Assembly (NCBI GenBank): GCA_005772765.1
Contig: SXIR01000099.1
Span: forward strand, 3,214-67,213
Reading direction: 5' to 3'
Length of the DNA: 64,000 nucleotides
Source: Actinomycetota bacterium
Lineage (GTDB): Bacteria > Actinomycetota > Acidimicrobiia > IMCC26256 > PALSA-610
Positions 55,132-62,479 of this stretch are shown here, in pieces. Under the pieces are notes generated by a model that did not search any database, was not told the origin of the DNA, and saw only the letters and a program-made list of their open reading frames with translations. Both the position numbers and the translations under genes were made by a program. How positions within the stretch are numbered: position 1 is the first letter of the stretch; every line of letters starts with the position of its first letter.

Positions 55132-55908
55132 CTACAGGGTCAAGCCCCCGTCGATGGAAACGATCGAGCCGGTCATGTACCGCGCTTCGTCAGACGCAAC
55201 GAAGCTGATGACCGAGGCAACTTCTTCGGGCTGGCTCGTGCCCATCGGGGTCATCGACTTTCGCATGTCCTTCCAGCTCGCACCTTCGGGGAACGAGTTG
55301 GCGAACGAACCCTGCAGCGGCGTGTCCATGCCACCGGGCGCAACACAGTTCACGGTGATGTTGCGCTTCATGTACTCGTCAGCCAGCGCCCGAGTGAGGT
55401 TGATGACACCGCCCTTCGACGCGCAGTAGGCGGCGCTGTAGGGCTGGCCCATCAGACCTGCGTTCGATGCAACGGTCACGATGCGGCCGCCATCACCGGC
55501 CAGGAAGTGTCGCAGTGCGGCTTGTGCGACGAGAAACGTGCCGGTCAAGTTGACGCCGAGGATTCGGGCCCATTCGTCGAACGGCTGATCGTGGCTGTTG
55601 GCGAGCTTGCCGATTCCCGCGCACGTCACTGCGAGGTCGAGCCCACCGAACGTCTGGGCGACAGCGTCGACTGCGGCCGCGACCGAAACCGGGTCGCCGA
55701 CGTCGCAGGCCTGGGCGATTGCGCTTGCCCCGATCGCCGTCGCCGTCTCGCTCGCCGCACCTTCGGCAATGTCGAGGCACGCAACCCGGGCGCCTTCGGC
55801 TGCGAGCCGTTGTGCGGTTGCCCGCCCGAGCCCGGAGCCGGCTCCGGTCACGATTGCGCGCCGACCATCGTGTCGACCCGGGACCACCAGTACCGTGGGT
55901 TCAGCCAT
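55132..55908 (-). CDS. SDR family oxidoreductase
   Basis: ATG at 55908 (part of ORF 55132..56499). TGAGSGLG and YCASK motifs. Confidence 0.9.
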   Translation of the reverse strand: MAEPTVLVVPGRHDGRRAIVTGAGSGLGRATAQRLAAEGARVACLDIAEGAASETATAIGASAIAQACDVGDPVSVAAAVDAVAQTFGGLDLAVTCAGIGKLANSHDQPFDEWARILGVNLTGTFLVAQAALRHFLAGDGGRIVTVASNAGLMGQPYSAAYCASKGGVINLTRALADEYMKRNITVNCVAPGGMDTPLQGSFANSFPEGASWKDMRKSMTPMGTSQPEEVASVISFVASDEARYMTGSIVSIDGGLTL

Positions 55909-57940
55909 GGCGAGCGAATCTAACGCACCGTCAGATTTCGACGCGCGGCGGCACGCGGCCGAGATCTTCGGCGCGTTCGGAATTGCGATCACCCAGCCGT
56001 TGCTCGACCTCGTGGGCCGCAACGCCGAGCTCCTCATCGCCCGGCGGACGACCCTGATGCAGGCGTTCTTGCTCGCGCTGGGCGCCGCGGCCGTGGTTCC
56101 TGCGATCGCCGTCGCCGTCGAAGTCGCCGTCGCCCGGATCGCGCCCCGCGCCGCACGCGGTTTGCACCGGATCGTGTTGGCGTTCGCGTTCGGGCTCGTT
56201 GGGCTCCAGATCGCCAACGGCATCACCACCTCCCCCGTCGCCGCGTTCGCGGCGGCGATCGCGGCGACGATCGCGGGTTTCGGGTTGATCACCCTGGCAG
56301 CCACCACGACGTTGCTTCGCTTCCTGGCGGCCGCCCCACCCGTGTTCATCGCGCTGTTCTTGTTCTTCTCGCCGGTAACCGACGTGGTGATCGGCGACCA
56401 AACCGCTGCTCGCTCGGCCGCGGCCGAGAGCGACCAACGGGTCGTCCTGATCGTCTTCGATGAACTGCCGCTCCGGTCGCTGCTCGACGGCCGCGGCAAC
56501 GTCGACGCCGAGCTCTACCCGAACTTCGCTCGTCTCGAGGCGCAGTCCACTTGGTATCGGAACACGACGACGGCGGCCGCGTTCACCCAGCAGGCTCTCC
56601 CGGCAATCTTGACTGGCTACGAACCCACCGGCGCCGACACGCTGCCGGTTGCCCGAGCTCACCCCGACAGCCTCTTCACGCGCCTGAACGGGGTCGTCGA
56701 GATGAACGTGCACGAGACCGCGACCCAGATCTGCCCTGAGTCGATCTGTGCCGGGTCGTCGAGCGGCGGGTTCTTCGAGCTGGCCGGGGCGGTCGCTCGG
56801 CTGTACGGCGAGTCGCTCGAACCCGGGTCGGACCGAACCCAGTTCGACGAAAACGCCGCGGCACGGATTCGACTGCCGACGGCTCGCCGATTCATCGCGT
56901 CGCTCGGGCCGGCGAGCAACGGACGGCTCGACATGGTGCACCTCGAGCTACCGCACTGGCCGTGGCAGTACACCGCGACCCTGCAGGACACCGGTGCCGA
57001 CAACGAACTCCCGGGCGAGACCTATTTGCAATGGCCGACGGCGATCGGCGCCGAACTCGGGCGACAACGCCACCTCCTGCAGCTACAGGCGAGCGACACG
57101 CTGCTCGGCGCGATGCTCGATCGCCTCGACGCAGCCGGCATCACCGATGATTCGCTCGTCATCGTCACGGCCGATCACGGCGTGTCCTTCAAAGCCGGTG
57201 AGCCGTTGCGAAACCCCTCCGAACAGAACCTCGCCGACGTCGCCTGGGTACCGCTGTTCGTCAAGTACCCCGGACAGGCGGTTGGGACCATCGACGAACG
57301 ACGGGCGACGACGCTCGACATCGTCCCGACCGTGCTGCGCGCGACCGGCGTCGACGAGGGCCCAGAGGGATTCGACCTGGATGGGTTTGCGTTGCAGGAC
57401 CCCGCGCGCCGCGACCGCGAGCGTCGGATGGCAACGTTCGTCGTGTTTCCGACGCCACGCGACCTCGTGGCGGACGACGACGGACGCGTCGCAATCGACG
57501 AGTCCTTGTATGCGGGCGTGCAACAAGAACGCGCTGCGCCGATCGGCGGCGATCCCGCGTTGCGGATCTTTCGCCACAGCGCGTACGGCGACCTCATCGG
57601 CCGCACGGTCGCACCTGCCTGGATCGGCGACGACGACACCACGACGATCGCGTTCGAATCACCGGAACGTCTGCGCGACGTCGATCGCGACGCGACGATC
57701 GCTCCGTGGTTCGTGAACATCGCCAGCATCAACGGACTCGACCGGCCCGTCCCCGTCGCGATCGTGCTCAACGGTCGCATCGCGGCAGTGAGCGAAACAC
57801 TCCCCCCGGACGACGGCACGTCGACGTTGGTGTTCAACCTTCCACCGGCGCTCATCGTCGACGGCGACAACACCGTCGAGGTGTATCGCATCGACGGCCT
57901 GGGACCGGCGATGCAACTCCACCGCTTCCCAAGCGTCTGA
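55907..57940 (+). CDS. Membrane protein with a sulfatase / alkaline-phosphatase-superfamily ectodomain (LtaS/phosphotransferase-like)
   Basis: ATG at 55907 (residue 104 of ORF 55598..57940). About 5 N-terminal TM segments. LIVFDELP...FTQQALPAILTG...VTADHG motifs. Confidence 0.75.
   Translation: MASESNAPSDFDARRHAAEIFGAFGIAITQPLLDLVGRNAELLIARRTTLMQAFLLALGAAAVVPAIAVAVEVAVARIAPRAARGLHRIVLAFAFGLVGLQIANGITTSPVAAFAAAIAATIAGFGLITLAATTTLLRFLAAAPPVFIALFLFFSPVTDVVIGDQTAARSAAAESDQRVVLIVFDELPLRSLLDGRGNVDAELYPNFARLEAQSTWYRNTTTAAAFTQQALPAILTGYEPTGADTLPVARAHPDSLFTRLNGVVEMNVHETATQICPESICAGSSSGGFFELAGAVARLYGESLEPGSDRTQFDENAAARIRLPTARRFIASLGPASNGRLDMVHLELPHWPWQYTATLQDTGADNELPGETYLQWPTAIGAELGRQRHLLQLQASDTLLGAMLDRLDAAGITDDSLVIVTADHGVSFKAGEPLRNPSEQNLADVAWVPLFVKYPGQAVGTIDERRATTLDIVPTVLRATGVDEGPEGFDLDGFALQDPARRDRERRMATFVVFPTPRDLVADDDGRVAIDESLYAGVQQERAAPIGGDPALRIFRHSAYGDLIGRTVAPAWIGDDDTTTIAFESPERLRDVDRDATIAPWFVNIASINGLDRPVPVAIVLNGRIAAVSETLPPDDGTSTLVFNLPPALIVDGDNTVEVYRIDGLGPAMQLHRFPSV
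55919..55935. promoter_or_regulatory. Inverted repeat TCTAACG-CAC-CGTCAGA, near-identical to 2231-2247, 11 nt upstream of the SDR ATG
   Basis: Direct reading. On the minus strand it reads TCTGACGGTGCGTTAGA, followed and overlapped by the -10-like TAGATT 8 nt before the ATG. Confidence 0.45.
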
Positions 57941-57969
57941 CGCGTCGTCTGCGCCACGAAAACGAAAGT

Positions 57970-58001
57970 GGCCCGCCGGGGCGGCTGGCACCCGGCGGGC
58001 C
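57970..58001 (+). terminator. Strong GC hairpin (11-bp stem GGCCCGCCGGG / CCCGGCGGGCC, 10-nt loop), candidate intrinsic terminator
   Basis: Direct reading, 30 nt after the stop at 57940. No U-tract, as is common in high-GC actinobacteria. Confidence 0.6.
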
Positions 58002-58091
58002 GCGCATTGGGACCCTTGGGGGGTCGGGCCCATTGCGTCTGTGCTGCATTGATCGGCGGATTCCCGCCGCTGGTTAGGGTTCTGCGCCCAG

Positions 58092-59585
58092 ATGAACGAG
58101 CCGCTCCTGCCACAGACCGTGATCGACGTGCTCATCTCGGCCGCCGCTGCCCACCCCGAGCGTGCGGCCTATGTCCACGACGACCGGCGGGTCACCTATG
58201 CCGAACTCGAGCAGGCGAGCGCCGGGATCGCCTCGGCCTTGGGCGACCTCGGCGTGGTTCCCGGCGACGTCGTGTGCCTCCTCGTACCGAGTTCGATCGA
58301 GTTCGCCTGCGCCTACCTCGGCGCGATGCGAGCCGGGGCGATCACGAGCGCGGTCAACCAGCGACTGGCCGGGCCGGAGCGGGCGAGCATCATCGCTCGC
58401 ACCCGACCTCGAGTGACCGTTGCGCCGGACGATGCCGAAATCCCCGACGGCGCCGGCGCAATCCTGCGGGTCGCCGACCTCGCTGCCGTGTCTGCCGCAC
58501 CCCGCAGCGTCGACGCGCAACGCTCCCCCGACGATCCCGTCGCAATCGTGTGGACGAGCGGCACCACTGGTGCGCCGAAAGGCGCGGTGTACGACCATGT
58601 GTCACTGCGCGTCATCCACGAAGGCATGGGCGACCTCACCGCGCCCGGCGATCGACGGCTCGTCAGCTTGCCGTTCGCGCACATGGGCTACATGACGCGC
58701 ATCTGGGACGAGCTCGCGGCCGGCACCACACTCGTGCTCGTCGGCGAGCCGTGGAGCGCTGCGCGCCAAATCGAGTTGATCCAACGGGAACGCATCACGA
58801 TGGTCACCGGCGTCCCGACACAATGGGAACTCGTCTTGGCGCACCCGGCGCTCGACCGCTGTGATCGATCGAGCTTGCGGCTCGCCGGCGTCGGCGGCGC
58901 AAGCGTCGCACCCGACCTCGTGCGCCGCATGCGCGAACAACTCGGCTGTGCGGTCATCACGCGCTACACGAGCACCGAGGCGGGCCTGATCAGCGGTACC
59001 CGGGTGGGCGATGACGACGAGGTCATTGCGACGACCGTCGGCGTCGCCAGCCCCGTCGTCGACATCGACATCGTCGATCACGAAACCAATGCCGTCGTCG
59101 GTCCGAACATCGTTGGCGAGATTCGTACGTCGACCCGAGCACGATTTCGTCACTACTGGGACGATCCCGAGCAGACGGCAGCCGCGTTCGACGCGGCCGG
59201 GCGGCTCCGGACCGGTGACCTCGGCCTGATCGGCGACGACGGCAACCTCCGCATCGTCGGTCGCCTCAAGGAGATGTACATCCGCGGCGGCTACAACGTC
59301 TACCCCGCTGAGGTCGAAGGGACGCTCGCCGATCACCCGGCGATCGCGCAGGCGGCCGTGGTCGGAGCGCCCGCTCCGGTGCTCGGCGAGATCGGCATCG
59401 CGTTCGTCGTCGTCGACCCAGCCCATTCCCAACCGACCCTCGACGAAGTCCGCGCTTGGTGCCGCGCTCGGCTCGCCGACTACAAAGCACCGGATCGGCT
59501 CGTCATCGTCGACACGCTCCCCGTGACGGCCGGACAGAAGATCGACAAGGTGGCGCTGAGCGCCGCAGCCAAGGAGACCGACTGA
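58092..59585 (+). CDS. AMP-dependent acyl-CoA synthetase/ligase (paralog of 12379..13869)
   Basis: VWTSGTTGAPKGA motif and C-terminal AGQKIDKVAL. Confidence 0.9.
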   Translation: MNEPLLPQTVIDVLISAAAAHPERAAYVHDDRRVTYAELEQASAGIASALGDLGVVPGDVVCLLVPSSIEFACAYLGAMRAGAITSAVNQRLAGPERASIIARTRPRVTVAPDDAEIPDGAGAILRVADLAAVSAAPRSVDAQRSPDDPVAIVWTSGTTGAPKGAVYDHVSLRVIHEGMGDLTAPGDRRLVSLPFAHMGYMTRIWDELAAGTTLVLVGEPWSAARQIELIQRERITMVTGVPTQWELVLAHPALDRCDRSSLRLAGVGGASVAPDLVRRMREQLGCAVITRYTSTEAGLISGTRVGDDDEVIATTVGVASPVVDIDIVDHETNAVVGPNIVGEIRTSTRARFRHYWDDPEQTAAAFDAAGRLRTGDLGLIGDDGNLRIVGRLKEMYIRGGYNVYPAEVEGTLADHPAIAQAAVVGAPAPVLGEIGIAFVVVDPAHSQPTLDEVRAWCRARLADYKAPDRLVIVDTLPVTAGQKIDKVALSAAAKETD

Positions 59586-60379
59586 TGGCGATCCAAGAAA
59601 CCGGTACCGGCGATACCCGCCAGCGCCCGATCCGACTTGGCGGGGCGTTGATCACCGTGGTCGAGCCGCGCCGGGGGCACGAGGTCGAGTACAACCGCTG
59701 GTACGAACGCGATCACTTCTACGCCGGCTGCATGATCGGCCAGTGGAACCTCTCGGGCGCTCGCTACGTGGCGACCCGAGACCTGAAGGCGCTGCGCTAC
59801 CCGGCCGATTCGGTGATCTGTCCCGACCCGACGAGCGGCAGCTATGTCGCGATCTATTGGATTCTCGCCGGCAAGTTCGGCGAGTGGATGCAGTGGGGAA
59901 CGAACCAGGTCAACTGGTTGCACGAAAACGAGCGGATGTTCGCCGAGCGCGACCACATCCACACCGTGATGTACAAGTTCCGTACGCAGTTCGAGGCTCC
60001 CGACGGCGTGCCGGTCGAACTCGCGCTGGAGCACCACTCGCCCTATGCCGTGCTCGTCATCGGTCAACCTGCTGACGGTGTCGACCTCGAGGCCATCGAT
60101 GCCTGGTTCGCCGCCCGCGACCTTCCCGGCGTCGTCGGTGCCGAGTTCACACCGGTCCCGCTGCAAGGCGACGCCCCGAAGGACATCCCGCGCATGGACC
60201 CGGCGAATCGCTTCACGCAGTTGTGGTTCGTCGACGACGACCTCGTCGCGAACTGGGACCAGACCTTCGCGTCGCTCGGTAGCGAGTTCACTGGGGCCGG
60301 AATGGGCGAGCTGTTGTGGGTCGCGCCCTTCCGCCGCACCATCGCCGGCACCGACACCTACACGGACCAGATCTGGTGA
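59585..60379 (+). CDS. Conserved hypothetical protein
   Basis: ATG at 59585 overlaps the upstream stop (TGATG). EYNRWYERDHFYAG motif. No function recognised. Confidence 0.65.
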   Translation: MAIQETGTGDTRQRPIRLGGALITVVEPRRGHEVEYNRWYERDHFYAGCMIGQWNLSGARYVATRDLKALRYPADSVICPDPTSGSYVAIYWILAGKFGEWMQWGTNQVNWLHENERMFAERDHIHTVMYKFRTQFEAPDGVPVELALEHHSPYAVLVIGQPADGVDLEAIDAWFAARDLPGVVGAEFTPVPLQGDAPKDIPRMDPANRFTQLWFVDDDLVANWDQTFASLGSEFTGAGMGELLWVAPFRRTIAGTDTYTDQIW

Positions 60380-60420
60380 CCGACTGACGAGTCAGCGACG
60401 CCCGGCTACCGTTCCGCACT

Positions 60421-61641
60421 ATGCGGATCTTGGTAGTCGGCGCCGGCGGCGTGGGCGGAGCGATGACCGTTGCTGCATCTCGTCGGGATTTCTTCGATCA
60501 TCTCGTCGTTGCGGACGTCGACGAATCACGGGCTCGGGCGGTCGCCGAACGCGTTGGCGACGCGCGCTTCACCGCGGCGAGGGTCGATGCCTCGTCCGCA
60601 GCCGACGTCGCAGCACTTGCGGCGGCCCACGCATGCGACACGATCGTGAACGCGTGCGACCCGCGGTTCAACCCCGGCATCTTCCAGGGCGCGTTCGACG
60701 CGGGCTGTACCTATCTCGACATGGCGATGACGCTGTCGGAACCGCACCCCGAACGCCCCTACGAAGAATGCGGCAAGAAACTCGGCGACGACCAGTTCGC
60801 CGTCGCGCAACAGTGGGAGCAGCGCGGTCAACTCGCCTTGTGCGGACTCGGCATCGAGCCCGGCTTCGCCGATGTGTGCGCGCGCTACGCCGCCGACCAC
60901 CTGTTCGATCGCATCGACGAAGTCGGCGTTCGCGACGGCGCGAACCTCACCATCGACGGTTACGACTTCGCGCCCACGTTCTCGATCTGGACGGTCATCG
61001 AGGAGTGTCTGAATCCTCCGGTCGTGTGGGAGCGCGATCGCGGGTGGTTCTGCCTCCCGCCGTTCAGCGAGCCCGAGGTGTTCCACTTCCCCGACGGCAT
61101 CGGCGACGTCGAGTGCGTCCACGTCGAGCACGAAGAGGTGCTGCTCGTGCCCCGCTGGGTCGACTGCGAGCGCGTCACGTTCAAGTACGGGCTCGGCGAC
61201 GAGTTCATCGAGGTACTGTCGACGCTGCACAAACTCGGACTCGATCGCACCGCCAAGGTCAACGTTCGCGGCGTCGAGGTCTCGCCGCGCGATGTCGTGG
61301 CGGCCTGCCTCCCTGACCCAGCCACACTCGGCGACAAGATGCACGGCCGAACGTGTGCTGGGACCTACGTCACGGGCACCGGCAAAGACGGAAACCCGAG
61401 GGCGGCCTACCTGTACCACGTTTCCGACAACGAGGAAACGATGGCGAAGCACGGCTGCCAGGCGGTGGTGTGGCAGACCGCGATCAACCCGGTGTTCGCG
61501 ATGGAGTTGCTCGCGAACGGCATGTGGAGCGGCTCAGGGGTCGTCGGCCCCGAGGCATTCGACGCCGTGCCGTATCTCGACCTCATGAACGACTTCGGCG
61601 AGCCCTGGCACCTCGACGAGCGCACACCCGCGTCGACGTAG
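60421..61641 (+). CDS. Saccharopine dehydrogenase family NAD(P)-binding protein
   Basis: MRILVVGAGGVGG Rossmann N-terminus. The overall pattern matches the saccharopine / carboxynorspermidine dehydrogenase family. Confidence 0.8.
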   Translation: MRILVVGAGGVGGAMTVAASRRDFFDHLVVADVDESRARAVAERVGDARFTAARVDASSAADVAALAAAHACDTIVNACDPRFNPGIFQGAFDAGCTYLDMAMTLSEPHPERPYEECGKKLGDDQFAVAQQWEQRGQLALCGLGIEPGFADVCARYAADHLFDRIDEVGVRDGANLTIDGYDFAPTFSIWTVIEECLNPPVVWERDRGWFCLPPFSEPEVFHFPDGIGDVECVHVEHEEVLLVPRWVDCERVTFKYGLGDEFIEVLSTLHKLGLDRTAKVNVRGVEVSPRDVVAACLPDPATLGDKMHGRTCAGTYVTGTGKDGNPRAAYLYHVSDNEETMAKHGCQAVVWQTAINPVFAMELLANGMWSGSGVVGPEAFDAVPYLDLMNDFGEPWHLDERTPAST

Positions 61642-61689
61642 ACCGCTCGTCGCGCAGTTTCGACAACAGACGCAACACCTCCAGGTCGA

Positions 61690-62310
61690 CTACAACAGCG
61701 GGAAGCTGACCTCGTACTCGCAACGAGCGACGGTTTCGCCGCCACAACCGTCGAACCCGGCGCGCCCATCGATCGAATCCACGCCGCCGGCGCCGTAGAG
61801 CAGGTTGTCGAAGCGGTTGCCGACAATCCGGTCGTCGAACGGGGATCCGTACACCGACTCGACCCGCAGCACCGTGTCGGTGCCCTCGGCGCTGACGACG
61901 CGGTTCAGCATGAGGCTCGCGCTGATCGGAGCCGGGTCGACGCCGTAGCCGATGAGGTCGTGACCGGACTGGCCGTCGATGTAGTCACGACCGGCTTCGC
62001 CGGCGATGAGGTCGTCGCCGCTCCCGGCGCAGATCGTGTCGCGGCCGCCGTGACCCCAGATCTGGTCCCAACCTGCGAGCGCCACGATGACATCGTCGCC
62101 ATTCGTGCCGACCAGGATGTCGTCGTCCGGAGTCCCGACGATCGTCGCAACGAGGCCATTGCACATGTAGGGACTCGGAAGCAGCGGTGGCAGCACGATC
62201 GGTGTGGGATCGATCGGCGGCAACCAGGCGTTGGCGGGGTCGGTGGCGACCGCACCGAACACGGGAGCTGCGATCAGGGTGAGGGCGGTGAGGGCACGAA
62301 CGATGCGCAT
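61690..62310 (-). CDS. Secreted protein with hemolysin-type (RTX-like) calcium-binding repeats
   Basis: RBS AGGAGA. Signal peptide. Reiterated GxxGxD units (GTNGDDVIV, GHGGRDTI, GSGDDLI, GEAGRDYI, GQSGHDLI). Confidence 0.7.
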   Translation of the reverse strand: MRIVRALTALTLIAAPVFGAVATDPANAWLPPIDPTPIVLPPLLPSPYMCNGLVATIVGTPDDDILVGTNGDDVIVALAGWDQIWGHGGRDTICAGSGDDLIAGEAGRDYIDGQSGHDLIGYGVDPAPISASLMLNRVVSAEGTDTVLRVESVYGSPFDDRIVGNRFDNLLYGAGGVDSIDGRAGFDGCGGETVARCEYEVSFPLL

Positions 62311-62479
62311 GAGTTCTCCTGCGTCGGGGCGACCCGGATGGTCGGTGTCGATGGGGTGAGTGCGGGACCCATCGCCACCTCACAAGAATGCGGGCGCAAA
62401 TCGTCGAGGGGATTTGTCGCGCCCACGAGCGGGATCGAACGGTGACCGGCGTCACCGAACACCGGTAGGTTCCACATCC

